DNA of 43,877 nucleotides from an uncultured Prevotellaceae bacterium (GTDB lineage Bacteria; Bacteroidota; Bacteroidia; Bacteroidales; Bacteroidaceae), in the NCBI GenBank assembly GCA_905202115.1, contig CAJKQZ010000001.1:1-43877 (forward strand). Direction: 5' to 3'. Under the pieces are notes generated by a model. That model saw only the letters and a program-made list of their open reading frames with translations, searched no databases and had not been told where the DNA came from. A program made the position numbers and the translations under genes. Positions within the stretch are counted from its first letter, which is position 1; every line of letters starts with the position of its first letter. Positions 27,770 to 38,887 of the stretch are shown piece by piece.

Positions 27770-30277
27770 ATGATAGACCAGGATAGGATTATAAAAGTCA
27801 ATATAGAGGAAGAGATGAGAAGTTCTTACATCGACTATAGTATGTCGGTGATTGTTGCTCGTGCTCTTCCTGATGTCAGAGATGGATTCAAACCCGTTCA
27901 CCGTCGCATTCTTTACGGAATGATGGGGCTGGGAAACACGCACGAGAAACCATATAAGAAATCGGCGCGTATCGTCGGGGAAGTGCTCGGTAAATATCAT
28001 CCTCACGGCGACTATTCAGTTTACGGCGCTTTGGTCCGCATGGCTCAGAACTGGTCAATGCGTTATACTTTGGTCGACGGGCAAGGTAACTTCGGCAGCG
28101 TCGATGGCGACTCTCCTGCTGCAATGCGTTATACCGAAGCACGCCTGCAACCGCTCGGCGAGGCAATGATGCAGGATATCGACAAGGAAACTGTCGATAT
28201 GACAAACAATTTCGACGATACTCTTACGGAACCGACCGTCATGCCGACTCGTATACCGAATCTTCTGGTGAACGGAGCCAGCGGTATAGCCGTCGGAATG
28301 GCAACAAATATTCCTACTCATAATTTAGGTGAGGTTATAGACGCCTGCATTGCATACATCGACGATAACGATATTGATGTAGACGGACTTATGAAGTATG
28401 TGAAAGCTCCCGATTTCCCTACAGGCGGTTTTATATACGGAATGTCAGGTGTGAGAGACGCTTACGCCACAGGGCGCGGACGCATAGTCATGCGTGCACG
28501 GGCTGAAATAGAGACCGACGCAACTCATGATAAAATAGTTGTTACCGAAATACCTTACGGAATTAACAAGAAAGAGCTTATAATGTATATAGCCCAGCTT
28601 GTTAATGAGAAAAAGATTGACGGAATAACCAATGTGAACGACGAGAGCGACAGGGAAGGTATGCGTATAGTCGTTGACGTAAGGCGTGATGCAAATGCTA
28701 ACGTCGTACTCAACAAACTGTTTAAAATGACTGCCTTGCAAACGAGTTTCAGCGTAAACTGCATTGCCCTCGTTCATGGCAGACCGAAACTGCTTACGCT
28801 TAAAGATTGTATAAGTAATTTTGTAGATCACAGGCATGATGTGGTCATACGTCGTACTCAGTATGAGCTGCGTAAGGCAAAAGAACGTATTCATATTTTG
28901 GACGGCCTGATAATAGCTTGTGATAATATTGATGAAGTCGTACACATAATCCGTTCTGCAAAAACTCCACAGGTGGCAATGGAGAATCTCGAAAAACGTT
29001 TCGGTCTCGACGAGATTCAGTCGCGTGCGATTGTAGAAATGCGTTTGCGTCAGCTCACTGGTCTAATGCAGGAACAGCTTCATGCAGAGCATGATGAAAT
29101 AGAAGAACGTATAAATCGTTACAACGAAATACTTAATGACAATAATGTCTGCCTCCAGGTAATAAAAGATGAGCTTACGGAGGTAAAGAACAAATGGAAT
29201 GACCCGCGCCGCAGCGAGATAGTTCCTACTAAGGACGAGTTTAATCCGGAAGACTTTTATTCGGATGACGAAGTCGTCATAACAATAAGCAATTTGGGAT
29301 ATATTAAGCGCACGCCGCTTGCCGAATTTAGAGCGCAAGGACGCGGAGGTGTGGGAAGCCGTGGCGGCAGTACCCGTAGTGAAGACTTTATAGAGTACAT
29401 GTATCATGCGACGTCGCACAATACGATGCTTTTCTTTACACAGAACGGTCGTTGTCATTGGCTTAAGGTGTATGATATACCTGAGGGCGCAAAAAATTCC
29501 AAAGGCCGTGCTATACAGAATCTGCTTAATCTCGCTCCAGACGACCAGGTGAGTGTATGTCTTTATATAAGAAAACTTAACGACCCCGAGTTTTGCAAAA
29601 GTCATTTCGTAGTATTCTGTACAAAGAACGGAATAATAAAGAAAACATGTTTGTCGGAATATTCACGTCCGAGAGCAAACGGTGTGAATGCAATAAATAT
29701 CCTCGAGGATGACAAGGTTATAAGCGTATGTCTGACCCGAGGTGACGAGGAAATACTGGTTGCCGATAAATTTGGCCGTGCAATTCATTTTAATGAAAGC
29801 ACTGTCCGTCCTATGGGACGTACTGCTACGGGTGTGAAAGCCATGACACTTGAAGAAGGCGATGAAGTAATCGGAATGGTAAGTGTTTACGATCCGGAAA
29901 ACGAAAGTGTAATGGTTGTCAGTGAGAAAGGATACGGCAAGCGTAGCGAAGTAAAAGATTACCGTGTTACAAACCGAGGAGGTAAGGGCGTAAAGACTAT
30001 AAATGTAACGGAAAAGACAGGAAATCTTGTCGCTATTAAAGCCGTGACAGACAATGACGATCTGATGATAATAAATAAGAGCGGTATAACTCTTAGGATT
30101 CATGTTTCGGATGCAAGGATTATGGGTAGGGCGACACAAGGTGTGCGGCTTATAAATCTTGAAAAACGTGGCGATACGATTGCAAGTGTTTGCAGGGTTC
30201 CGAGTGAAACCGAAGAAGATATTGCGGAAGAATCCGGCGAAGTTCAGAATCAGGACGTGGCCGAAAATGATGAATAA
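27770..30277 (+). CDS. gyrA: DNA gyrase subunit A
   Basis: 835 aa with 'SYIDYSMSVIVARALPDVRDGFKPVHRRILY', the QRDR-like 'HPHGDYSVY', active-site 'AAMRYTEARL' and C-terminal beta-pinwheel repeats. Confidence 0.97.
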   Translation: MIDQDRIIKVNIEEEMRSSYIDYSMSVIVARALPDVRDGFKPVHRRILYGMMGLGNTHEKPYKKSARIVGEVLGKYHPHGDYSVYGALVRMAQNWSMRYTLVDGQGNFGSVDGDSPAAMRYTEARLQPLGEAMMQDIDKETVDMTNNFDDTLTEPTVMPTRIPNLLVNGASGIAVGMATNIPTHNLGEVIDACIAYIDDNDIDVDGLMKYVKAPDFPTGGFIYGMSGVRDAYATGRGRIVMRARAEIETDATHDKIVVTEIPYGINKKELIMYIAQLVNEKKIDGITNVNDESDREGMRIVVDVRRDANANVVLNKLFKMTALQTSFSVNCIALVHGRPKLLTLKDCISNFVDHRHDVVIRRTQYELRKAKERIHILDGLIIACDNIDEVVHIIRSAKTPQVAMENLEKRFGLDEIQSRAIVEMRLRQLTGLMQEQLHAEHDEIEERINRYNEILNDNNVCLQVIKDELTEVKNKWNDPRRSEIVPTKDEFNPEDFYSDDEVVITISNLGYIKRTPLAEFRAQGRGGVGSRGGSTRSEDFIEYMYHATSHNTMLFFTQNGRCHWLKVYDIPEGAKNSKGRAIQNLLNLAPDDQVSVCLYIRKLNDPEFCKSHFVVFCTKNGIIKKTCLSEYSRPRANGVNAINILEDDKVISVCLTRGDEEILVADKFGRAIHFNESTVRPMGRTATGVKAMTLEEGDEVIGMVSVYDPENESVMVVSEKGYGKRSEVKDYRVTNRGGKGVKTINVTEKTGNLVAIKAVTDNDDLMIINKSGITLRIHVSDARIMGRATQGVRLINLEKRGDTIASVCRVPSETEEDIAEESGEVQNQDVAENDE

Positions 30278-30314
30278 ATCAACAGGAATAACTAACGTTT
30301 AAAATTAATTTGAT

Positions 30315-31565
30315 ATGAAGAAGCTTTTATTATTTGCAGTTCTCTTCTCATCTACTATTTCTTATGCCCAAAACAGTCTCATAGACAAGGCACAGATGAA
30401 GTTAGACGACAATAAAATAGAAGAAGCTGTTGAGGTTATAGAACCCGCTCTAACAAGCGGCAAAACAAAAAACTTGGCAGGAGCGTACAATATGGCAGGA
30501 AATGTTTACGGCCGTATTCTTAATGGAGAGATACTCAAGGCTGCCAACAATCAGCCATGCGATACAACAAAATTCATTTCCGCTCTGAATAAATCGCTTG
30601 AATATTTTATTAAGAGCTATGAATTTGACAACAAACCGAACGAGAAAGGAAAGGTAAAGCCGCAGTATAACGCCAACAATCTGAAGATGATTTCGCAGAT
30701 GTCTAATTATTTCATTTATGCGGGTCAATTCCTTAATACCAATGGCGACCAGAAAGGAGCTTATGACGCTTTTGAGAAATATCTCGAAATGCCTAAATTA
30801 TCGGTGTTTACTGAAGCGCAGGCCGACTCCATGTATAAAGCGAACGCTGACGAATACAGCACGATTTCTTATTACACGGCTTTGCTCGGTTATCAGATGA
30901 AGGATTATGACCGTGCTCTGAAACATATAGATTACGCAATAGCCGACACTTCCTCAAAAAACAAGAACGACTTGTTCTTCATTAAGTCGCAGTCTTTACT
31001 TGCAAAGCAGGATACAGCAGCGTGGGTGAAGTGTGTTACCGAGGCTATTACCCAGCTTCCAGACAATACGCAGTTTGTTCAGAACCTGTTGTATTATTAT
31101 AACATGAAAAGCTTGAAGGATGAGGCTATTACAACGGCGAATGACCTTGTTGCAAAAGCTCCCAACAACAAAAACGCATGGTATTCGGCAGGATGTATCT
31201 ATCTTAATGAAGCGAAAGATTTCAATAAGTCGAGAGAATATCTGCAGAAGGCTTTGGAGCTTGATCCTAACATGATGGAGGCTCAGTACAATATGGGCAT
31301 TTCATACGTAAACGAGTTGGTTTCGATAAAAGATAAATTTACGACAAACACTAAGGATCCTAACTATAAGAGAGACCTTGAAGCGGCTAAAGAGTATTAC
31401 AAAAAAGCGCTTCCTTATTTTGAGAAAACACGCGAGCTGGTTCCTGACCAACCTAAGATATGGGGACTTTCTTTGAAGAATGTTTACTATAATCTTGAAA
31501 TGAAAGACAAAGAAAAAGAAATCGACGATGTTCTTTCTGCGGCAGGTATAACGAGTTCCAACTAA
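30315..31565 (+). CDS. secreted tetratricopeptide-repeat protein
   Basis: 416 aa with a signal peptide 'MKKLLLFAVLFSSTISYAQ' and several TPR-like repeats ('AWYSAGCIYLNEAKDFNKSREYLQKALELDPN'). Confidence 0.65.
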   Translation: MKKLLLFAVLFSSTISYAQNSLIDKAQMKLDDNKIEEAVEVIEPALTSGKTKNLAGAYNMAGNVYGRILNGEILKAANNQPCDTTKFISALNKSLEYFIKSYEFDNKPNEKGKVKPQYNANNLKMISQMSNYFIYAGQFLNTNGDQKGAYDAFEKYLEMPKLSVFTEAQADSMYKANADEYSTISYYTALLGYQMKDYDRALKHIDYAIADTSSKNKNDLFFIKSQSLLAKQDTAAWVKCVTEAITQLPDNTQFVQNLLYYYNMKSLKDEAITTANDLVAKAPNNKNAWYSAGCIYLNEAKDFNKSREYLQKALELDPNMMEAQYNMGISYVNELVSIKDKFTTNTKDPNYKRDLEAAKEYYKKALPYFEKTRELVPDQPKIWGLSLKNVYYNLEMKDKEKEIDDVLSAAGITSSN

Positions 31566-31617
31566 GAAAATAAATGGAGGATTCCTGTTTCCGGTAAACC
31601 TCCATTCCTATAAACAG

Positions 31618-31661
31618 ACTCTTTTTTGCTGATTATAATGCGAAAAAGAGTTTGTTTTTTT
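31618..31661 (+). terminator. Rho-independent terminator after the secreted TPR gene
   Basis: The 9-bp stem is 'actcttttt'/'aaaaagagt' with a 16-nt loop, followed by 'ttgttttttt'. Confidence 0.55.
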
Positions 31662-31733
31662 GTGATTAATACAGGTAAGGACGACGTTTTCTGTCATCTT
31701 GTTTTTTTGTATTAATAAGATTTCTTTTGTTAC

Positions 31734-31911
31734 AAAGAGATTTTTATAAAAATCTTATAAGGCAAAAAAGTTCCCGCAGATAGTTGAAAATACAAGGGAG
31801 ATAATTCAAAATATGTCTGAGATATTTTAAAATATCTCAGACATATTTTTTGCTACATATACATGTGTTGATTTTCAAGTGCTTGGCGGGTGACCGTTTT
31901 TGTCTGTAAAA
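31734..31911 (+). repeat. dispersed intergenic repeat, copy F (5' module shortened)
   Basis: The core from 'aaaaaagttcccgcag' (31765) through 'gtctgtaaa' (31910) is present. The 'ctgcgtgg' segment is missing. Confidence 0.9.
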
Positions 31912-32105
31912 TCGAACAACAACGTATTTCAATTTTTTCGGAAAGCAGTCTTTTTTCACTTATAAAAGTATTTTGGCAGGAAACTGGATATAGATTGAAA
32001 TATTTCCTTTCCGGTGATTTCTTACTGTGTCTGTTTTATTGATAAAAATGCTTGTCTTATATCGAACTTATGTTATTCTATTTCATTCCTATTGGTTTTT
32101 ATGGA

Positions 32106-32154
32106 TATTTTTGTGTGTATATCTTTCTTATTCGGCTAAAAAGCAGTAAATTTG
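32106..32154 (+). promoter_or_regulatory. two candidate -7 boxes for the DUF177-rpmF-fabH unit
   Basis: 'tatttttg' (32106..32113) and 'taaatttg' (32147..32154) both match TAnnTTTG. Confidence 0.35.
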
Positions 32155-32258
32155 CAGGCGAATTTGGCATGAACTTAACAAGGCTGTAAGAAAAGACGGT
32201 GAGACGTTGTTCATTTGCCAGTTTGCATAGAAAAAAGCTAAAACAGTCTTCAAAAAGA

Positions 32259-32738
32259 ATGAGTAGTTGTATAATAAACGTCAAGGCTTTGGCCGAGAGT
32301 GACGCTCTGACGGCAAATATTCATTTGGACAATACTTTTTTCAAATGTTTCCATTCGTCGGATATCTCTGGCGGAGAGGTGGACGTTGTTGCGAAATCAA
32401 CGAAAACGGCCGCCGGCAACGAATATGAGGTTGCTCTCGAAATAAACGGGTTTATAAAGATTCCGTGTACGAGATGTCTTGACGAGATGAATTATGAGAT
32501 AAAGTTGGATGACCGTTTTAAGGCTCACGCGGGTGAATATATATCTGACGAAGACGCTGATTATGATATAATTCCCGCTAAAATAACCGGCGAATGCGAT
32601 GTAGCGGAACGTATATTCGAAACAATTGTTTTAAATATTCCTTCTGTACATTCTCATTCGGACGGTCTTTGCAATACAGACATGATAGAAAAACTCAAAG
32701 AGCATTCGGCGAGTGAAATAACGAAAATAATAAATTAA
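32259..32738 (+). CDS. DUF177 (YceD-like) protein
   Basis: Its position directly upstream of rpmF is the conserved yceD-rpmF arrangement, and it carries a 'CTRCLDEM' CxxC motif. The ATG at 32259 is preferred over the GTG at 32199. Confidence 0.7.
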   Translation: MSSCIINVKALAESDALTANIHLDNTFFKCFHSSDISGGEVDVVAKSTKTAAGNEYEVALEINGFIKIPCTRCLDEMNYEIKLDDRFKAHAGEYISDEDADYDIIPAKITGECDVAERIFETIVLNIPSVHSHSDGLCNTDMIEKLKEHSASEITKIIN

Positions 32739-32750
32739 AAAATAACAGAA

Positions 32751-32936
32751 ATGGCACATCCTAAAAGAAGACAATCCAAAGCACGTACACTTAAGCGCAG
32801 AACTCACGATAAAGCAGTTGCTCCTACATTGGCTATATGTCCTAATTGCGGCGCATGGCATGTATATCATACTGTATGCCCTGAATGCGGCCATTATCGT
32901 GGAAAACTTGCTATTGAGAAAGAGGTTAACTCTTGA
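32751..32936 (+). CDS. rpmF: 50S ribosomal protein L32
   Basis: 61 aa starting 'MAHPKRRQSKARTLKRRTH', with the zinc-ribbon 'CPNCG....H.VCPECG'. Confidence 0.95.
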   Translation: MAHPKRRQSKARTLKRRTHDKAVAPTLAICPNCGAWHVYHTVCPECGHYRGKLAIEKEVNS

Positions 32937-32948
32937 CGTTAAGTGATA

Positions 32949-33956
32949 ATGGGAAAAATTAATGCTGCAATCACAGGTGTAGGCGGTTATGTGCCCGAAT
33001 ACGTGCTGACCAACGACGAACTGTCGCGTATGGTCGACACGAACGACGAGTGGATAATGACGCGAATCGGTGTTAAGGAGCGTAGAATCCTGAACGAGGA
33101 AGGCTTGGGAACAAGCTATATGGCCCGAAAGGCCGTAAAGCAGTTGCTGGAGCGCACCAATACCGATCCTGCCGAAATAGACTGCCTTATCGTTTCCACA
33201 ACAACTCCCGACTATCATTTTCCGTCGACAGCATCGATAGTTCTCGGCCGGCTTGGATTAGTAAACGCTTTTGCTTTTGACTTTTCGGCCGCTTGCTGCG
33301 GATTCCTTTATTCTTTGGAAATAGGAGCGAATATGATAAAAAGCGGTTGCCACAAGAAAGTAATTGTTGTTGGAGCCGATAAAATGTCTTCAATGGTCGA
33401 TTATACAGATCGTGCCACGTGTCCTATTTTCGGCGACGGCGCGGGTGCTGTGCTTCTTGAACCGACCGAAGAAGAATGTGGTTTGATGGATTCGTATCTC
33501 CGCACCGACGGTAAAGGACTTCCTTTCCTTTGCATGAAAGCAGGCGGTTCGGTATGTCCTCCTTCTTACTTCACGATAGATCACCACATGCACTATCTTC
33601 ACCAGGAGGGACGCACTGTATTTAAATTTGCGGTAACTCACATGAGTGATTCCTGCGAATTGATAGCAAAGCGTAACAACCTTGACAAAGACAGTATTGC
33701 GTGGGTCGTTCCTCATCAGGCTAACGTCAGAATTATAGAGGCTGTTGCCAAACGTCTTGACTTGTCTATGGACAAAGTCATGCTTAACATACAGCGCTAT
33801 GGCAATACATCTGCGGCAACTCTTCCGTTGGCTTTGTGGGATTATGAAAAGCAACTGAAAAAAGGTGATAATTTAATCTTTACAGCTTTCGGCGCAGGAT
33901 TCGTTTGGGGCGCTTCATATCTGAAGTGGGCTTACGATTACCAGCCAGCGAAATAG
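32949..33956 (+). CDS. fabH: beta-ketoacyl-ACP synthase III
   Basis: Active-site Cys context '[12 protein letters not shown]', plus 'PHQANVRII' and '[12 protein letters not shown]'. The ATG at 32949 is preferred over the GTG at 32943. Confidence 0.93.
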   Translation: MGKINAAITGVGGYVPEYVLTNDELSRMVDTNDEWIMTRIGVKERRILNEEGLGTSYMARKAVKQLLERTNTDPAEIDCLIVSTTTPDYHFPSTASIVLGRLGLVNAFAFDFSAACCGFLYSLEIGANMIKSGCHKKVIVVGADKMSSMVDYTDRATCPIFGDGAGAVLLEPTEEECGLMDSYLRTDGKGLPFLCMKAGGSVCPPSYFTIDHHMHYLHQEGRTVFKFAVTHMSDSCELIAKRNNLDKDSIAWVVPHQANVRIIEAVAKRLDLSMDKVMLNIQRYGNTSAATLPLALWDYEKQLKKGDNLIFTAFGAGFVWGASYLKWAYDYQPAK

Positions 33957-34128
33957 TAAAATCACCGGCTCTGAAAAAAGCGAATATTGAAAACAAAGCT
34001 TTGTTCTGGTATTTGCTAAAAATAAAACACCCTCTCGCTACTACCTGATAAACGGGAATAACGAGAGGGCTTTTGATAAAATTAGAGTTAAGCCGGAATA
34101 AAAATAATCCGTAAGTAATTATAAAGTT

Positions 34129-35010
34129 ATGCATAAAGCAGGCTTCGTAAACATAGTAGGAAATCCTAATGTCGGAAAATCCACACTCACTAATTTATTT
34201 GTCGGTGACAGGATTTCAATAGCAACATTCAAGGCACAGACTACACGTCACAGAATACTCGGAATCCTTTCAACGGATGATTACCAGATTGTATTTTCCG
34301 ACACACCGGGGGTGCTGAAACCAAATTATAAGCTGCAGGAAGCTATGCTTGCATTTTCCTTGTCGGCGCTTGAGGATGCCGATGTGCTTGTTTATGTTAC
34401 GGATACGATTGAGGACAGTTCGAAAAACAGTGACTTCTTAGAAAAAGTAGCCAAATTGAATGTCCCTGTTCTGCTTCTGATAAACAAAATCGATTTAAGC
34501 AATCAGAAAGACTTGACTTCGCTTGTTGAAATCTGGCAGGAACGTTTGCCTAACGCTGAAATCTATCCTGTTTCTGCAAAAGCAAAATTCAATACAGATA
34601 ACGTGTTGAAACGTATAGTCGAACTGTTGCCTGAATCGCCGAACTATTTCGACAAAGACCAGCTTACCGACAAATCTTCGAGGTTTATAGTTGCTGAGAT
34701 TCTCCGCGAAAAGATATTGCTTTATTATGACAAGGAAATTCCTTATTCTGTAGAAGTTTCGGTGAACGAATTTCATGAGGAGGGAAAGGTTATCCGAATA
34801 AGCGCAACTATATATGTGGAACGAGAAAGCCAGAAAGGAATAATAATAGGGCATAAAGGCATAGCAATACGCAAAGTCGGAATGGAAGCCCGTAGGGATA
34901 TAGAACGCTTTTTTGACAAAAAAGTATTCTTGCAAACTTACGTCAAAGTAGATTCCGATTGGAGAAATTCGGATCGGGAATTGAAACTGTTCGGTTATAA
35001 TCCCGAATAG
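34129..35010 (+). CDS. era: GTPase Era
   Basis: 293 aa with G1 'GNPNVGKST', 'DTPG', 'NKID' and a C-terminal KH domain ('IIGHKGIAIRKVG'). Confidence 0.93.
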   Translation: MHKAGFVNIVGNPNVGKSTLTNLFVGDRISIATFKAQTTRHRILGILSTDDYQIVFSDTPGVLKPNYKLQEAMLAFSLSALEDADVLVYVTDTIEDSSKNSDFLEKVAKLNVPVLLLINKIDLSNQKDLTSLVEIWQERLPNAEIYPVSAKAKFNTDNVLKRIVELLPESPNYFDKDQLTDKSSRFIVAEILREKILLYYDKEIPYSVEVSVNEFHEEGKVIRISATIYVERESQKGIIIGHKGIAIRKVGMEARRDIERFFDKKVFLQTYVKVDSDWRNSDRELKLFGYNPE

Positions 35011-35053
35011 CATTACTAATTACAAATAAAAACTACTTCACCTAAATATAAAT

Positions 35054-36367
35054 ATGGGAAATTTAGTAGCAATAGTAGGTCGTCCCAATGTGGGCAAATC
35101 AACTTTATTCAACCGTCTTACCGAAAGCCGGCGCGCAATAGTCAGCGATGAAGCGGGAACAACGCGCGATCGCCAGTACGGAAAGGTAATATGGAACGGA
35201 AAGGAATTCTCGATTGTAGACACAGGAGGCTGGGTTGTCAATTCGGACGATGTGTTCGAGCATGAAATAAGGAAACAGGTGGAGATTGCAACCTCCGAGT
35301 CGGACGTTATACTTTTTGTGGTTGACGTAAACAACGGAATCACCGATCTCGACATGGAAGTAGCAGACATTTTGCGTCGCACCAAAACGCCCGTTATATT
35401 AGTATCGAACAAAGTAGACCATAATGAAAAGGATTATCTCTCGGCAGAGTTTTACAAGTTAGGGTTAGGCGCTCCCCATTCAATCAGTGCGGCAACCGGT
35501 AGCGGAACAGGCGATTTGCTCGATGTGATATTGGAAACATTGGGCGACCGTGAATTGAATGAAGAAGACGACAACATTCCCCGCTTTGCTGTCGTAGGCC
35601 GTCCGAACGTAGGAAAAAGCAGTATAATAAATGCATTTATAGGCGAAGATAGAAATATCGTGACCGATATTGCCGGAACAACGCGTGATGCTGTATCTAC
35701 GCGGTATACCAAGTTTGGATTCGATTTCTATATCGTCGACACGGCAGGAATACGCAAAAAGAACAAGGTCACGGAAGACCTTGAGTATTACAGCGTGCTG
35801 CGTTCCATACGCGCTATCGAGCAGGCCGACGTTTCCATTCTGATGATCGACGCGACCCAGGGAATAGGTACGCAGGATATGAACATATTCCAGGTAATAC
35901 AGCGCAATAACACGGGTTTGGTTGTAGTTGTCAACAAATGGGACCTTGTAGATGACAAATCGCACGAAGTTCAGATGAACTTCGAGAACGTAATTCGCCA
36001 GCGCATGGCTCCGTTTACGGACTTTCCCATAATTTTCGCTTCCGCACTTACCAAGCAGCGCATATACAAGGTTCTTGAAACGGCAAAGGACGTCTTTGAA
36101 AACCGTCGCTCGCGCATTCCGACGGCGAAACTTAACGATGTAATGCTGCCATTGATTACCGAGACGCCTCCTCCTGCTCTGAAAGGTAAGTATATAAAGA
36201 TAAAATACTGCACTCAGCTGCCTAACACGCGTATTCCGTCGTTTGCATTCTTTGCCAATCTGCCTCAGTATGTTAAGGAGCCCTATCGTCGTTTCCTCGA
36301 GAACCGAATCAGGGAGAACTGGAACCTTTGCGGCACGCCTATAAACGTTTTCATTCGTCAAAAGTAA
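35054..36367 (+). CDS. der: ribosome-biogenesis GTPase Der (EngA)
   Basis: 437 aa with tandem GTPase domains ('GRPNVGKST' twice, 'DTGG'/'DTAG', 'NKVD'/'NKWD'). Confidence 0.95.
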   Translation: MGNLVAIVGRPNVGKSTLFNRLTESRRAIVSDEAGTTRDRQYGKVIWNGKEFSIVDTGGWVVNSDDVFEHEIRKQVEIATSESDVILFVVDVNNGITDLDMEVADILRRTKTPVILVSNKVDHNEKDYLSAEFYKLGLGAPHSISAATGSGTGDLLDVILETLGDRELNEEDDNIPRFAVVGRPNVGKSSIINAFIGEDRNIVTDIAGTTRDAVSTRYTKFGFDFYIVDTAGIRKKNKVTEDLEYYSVLRSIRAIEQADVSILMIDATQGIGTQDMNIFQVIQRNNTGLVVVVNKWDLVDDKSHEVQMNFENVIRQRMAPFTDFPIIFASALTKQRIYKVLETAKDVFENRRSRIPTAKLNDVMLPLITETPPPALKGKYIKIKYCTQLPNTRIPSFAFFANLPQYVKEPYRRFLENRIRENWNLCGTPINVFIRQK

Positions 36368-36371
36368 AACA

Positions 36372-36773
36372 ATGATATTACGGAATTATATTTTATTCGT
36401 GTGTTTTGCGGCCGTGCTCGCTTCCTGCAGCAATGAAAAGCAGGCGGAAAAGCATGAAACGCCCGAGGAGGTTGCACTCGCAGCGTACAACCACCTTATA
36501 AAAGACGAATATGAAGATTATGTGAAACTTGTTCATTCCGGCGACAGCATTACTGAAACCTACAGGCAAGGTTTGCTTGCTACGGTAAAACAGTTTATGG
36601 CCCGACAAAACGACGAGAAGAAGGGAATAAAATCGGCAAGCGTAGTAGACGAGAAAACAGTGTCGAACGACAATTACGCACTTGTGATGTTAATACTTAC
36701 TTATGGCGACAGCACTTCGGAAGAAGTGGCTGTGCCGGTTGTGAAAGTTAACGACGTATGGCGCTTGCGGTAA
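36372..36773 (+). CDS. hypothetical lipoprotein
   Basis: 133 aa with a lipobox-like signal 'FAAVLASCSN'. I recognised no family. Confidence 0.5.
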   Translation: MILRNYILFVCFAAVLASCSNEKQAEKHETPEEVALAAYNHLIKDEYEDYVKLVHSGDSITETYRQGLLATVKQFMARQNDEKKGIKSASVVDEKTVSNDNYALVMLILTYGDSTSEEVAVPVVKVNDVWRLR

Positions 36774-36994
36774 ATCAAGCAGAACAAAAAGAAAGTAATA
36801 TTTTCCGTGGCGGACTTTTTCATAGTTTGCACGATTTTTTATATTTTCGAATAATAAGGAGGCTATAATTTGAAATTTTTGATAGATTGTTATATTTTAA
36901 TCTATTTGTCTTTGAGATAATTTGATGTAAATTCGGCATAAACAGAAACAATTCCGGTAGAAAAATATAGGGGAAAACAATTTCGTAAAAAAAC

Positions 36995-37155
36995 ACTTCG
37001 CAGAAAAAATACTTTTTTCTGCGTGGTAAAAAAATTCCCGCAGATAATTGAAATTACAAGGGAGATAATTCAAAATATGTCTGAGATATTTTTTGCTATA
37101 TATACACATGCTGATTATCAAGTGTTTGGTCGGTGACCGTTTTTGTCTGCAAAAC
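36995..37155 (+). repeat. dispersed intergenic repeat, copy G (right hairpin arm deleted)
   Basis: It has the full 5' module, including a perfect 'cgcagaaaaaa-tac-ttttttctgcg' hairpin (36999..37023). A 21-nt deletion relative to the other copies removes the loop and right arm. Confidence 0.9.
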
Positions 37156-37306
37156 CAAACATAGTAAGGTATTGTCGATTTTGCGACGTGTAATTTATAC
37201 ATTAAATAAACCCTTAGAATTTCCCGATGTTTCATAACAAAGAGAAATACTAATGACCAAAAGGGGAAGTATATACTTAAAGAATATACAGTGCGTGCCA
37301 GCGTAT

Positions 37307-38074
37307 TTACTTTTGTTCTTCCTGTTCTGCTTTCTTAACCTTGCGGAACAAGTCGGAAGCAAATATAAAATTGTTAAGCTGTTTGTTTTCCGATGACATC
37401 ACATCGTCTTTGGTGCCTTGCCATTCTTTATGCCCGTTGTAAAGAAAAACAATGTTTTCGCCTATGTCCATGACCGAATTCATGTCATGGGTGTTGATGA
37501 TAGTCGTAATATTATAATCTTTTGTGATGCTGTGTATCAGTTCGTCTATAACTAAAGACGTTTTAGGGTCGAGGCCCGAGTTTGGTTCATCACAAAAGAG
37601 ATAACGCGGATTCATGGCAATGGCCCGTGCAATGGCGACGCGTTTCTGCATACCTCCGCTTATTTCACCAGGCATTTTGTTTTCTGCTTCCAGGAGGTTG
37701 ACGCGCTCAAGGCAGCTGAGTGCCCTGCGTTGCCTTTCTTTATAGGAATAGTTTGAAAACATGTCGAGAGGAAACCTTACGTTATCGACTACCGACATGG
37801 AATCGAACAACGCTGCACTTTGAAAAATCATTCCCATTTCCCTACGTAACAGTGTCCGTTCGTTCTTGTCCATGTTTACAATGTCGCGTCCGTCATAAAG
37901 AATCTCGCCGCTTGTAGGAACAAGAAGTCCGACGATACATTTCATAAGCACGGTCTTTCCCGAACCGCTCTGGCCTATGATGAGATTGGTCTTGCCTTTT
38001 TCGAATACGGTATCTATGCCTTTAAGCACATCCTTATCGTCGAATGACTTGTAAAGAGATTTAAGTTCTATCAT
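37307..38074 (-). CDS. ABC transporter ATP-binding protein, MlaF-like
   Basis: 255 aa with Walker A 'GQSGSGKT', signature 'ISGGMQKRVAIARA' and Walker B 'LFCDEP'. It is paired with an MlaE-like permease. Confidence 0.85.
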   Translation of the reverse strand: MIELKSLYKSFDDKDVLKGIDTVFEKGKTNLIIGQSGSGKTVLMKCIVGLLVPTSGEILYDGRDIVNMDKNERTLLRREMGMIFQSAALFDSMSVVDNVRFPLDMFSNYSYKERQRRALSCLERVNLLEAENKMPGEISGGMQKRVAIARAIAMNPRYLFCDEPNSGLDPKTSLVIDELIHSITKDYNITTIINTHDMNSVMDIGENIVFLYNGHKEWQGTKDDVMSSENKQLNNFIFASDLFRKVKKAEQEEQK

Positions 38075-38076
38075 AT

Positions 38077-38823
38077 TCAGGAGAGCAGTTTGGTGAGAAA
38101 CAAATCGGAAAAAAGTATAAGCATAGAACTCGATACAACGGCATTCGTACTGGCTTTTCCGACATTTATGGAACCGCCTTCAACCGTGTAGCCGTAATAC
38201 GAGGAAACGCTCGCAATTATAAAGGCGAAAAACAAAGATTTGATAACGCCCATCCATACAAACCACTGCGTAAAAGAATACTGCATTCCCGCCGTAAGGT
38301 CTGAAGCCGAAATGATATGTCCTATGTAAGCCGTTGCGTAGGCTCCTATTATGCCCGATACGGTGCTGAAAATAACAAGAAAAGGCATAATCGTTATCAA
38401 ACCGGCTATTTTAGGAAGAATAAGGAATGAGGCTGAATTTACACCCATTATATCGAGCGCGTCTATCTGCTGCGTCACGCGCATTGTTCCTATCTCCGAC
38501 GCTATGTTCGAGCCTACCTTTCCTGATAGAATCAGACACATAATGCTCGACGAAAATTCAAGAAGCATGATTTCACGCGTTACAAAACCCGAAGTCCAGC
38601 GGGGCATCCAGGCACTTTGCACGTTCAGTTTTATCTGGATACATATTACAGCTCCGATGAAGAAAGAAATGAGTAGCACGATAGCTATCGAGTTTACTCC
38701 CAATTGTTCCATTTCTTTGATGTATTGCCGCCAGAACATGCGCAGTCTTTCCGGACGGGAGAATGTGCGTCCCATAAGTTGCAGATAGCGGCCGAAAGCA
38801 GTCAGAAACTTATTTAATAACAT
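38077..38823 (-). CDS. ABC transporter permease, MlaE-like
   Basis: Polytopic membrane protein with MlaE-type segments ('REIMLLEFSSSIMCLILSGKVGS', 'MRVTQQIDAL'). The ATG at 38823 is preferred over the TTG at 38847. Confidence 0.85.
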   Translation of the reverse strand: MLLNKFLTAFGRYLQLMGRTFSRPERLRMFWRQYIKEMEQLGVNSIAIVLLISFFIGAVICIQIKLNVQSAWMPRWTSGFVTREIMLLEFSSSIMCLILSGKVGSNIASEIGTMRVTQQIDALDIMGVNSASFLILPKIAGLITIMPFLVIFSTVSGIIGAYATAYIGHIISASDLTAGMQYSFTQWFVWMGVIKSLFFAFIIASVSSYYGYTVEGGSINVGKASTNAVVSSSMLILFSDLFLTKLLS

Positions 38824-38887
38824 TGTAGTATGTGTTTTTACCTGCAATGCCCCTGTAAATCATTTTCCGTATGTTTTTATTAAGGAG

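Noticed and set aside
35480-36361. Long antisense ORFs opposite well-supported genes: 293 aa opposite der; also 404..1177 opposite lplA, 11351..11920 opposite spt, 17432..18025 opposite the TPR gene, 29063..29605 opposite gyrA and 32631..33218 opposite rpmF/fabH.
   Set aside because: The sense-strand genes have unambiguous family motifs. The antisense translations show no recognisable motifs and are typical shadow ORFs produced by codon bias.
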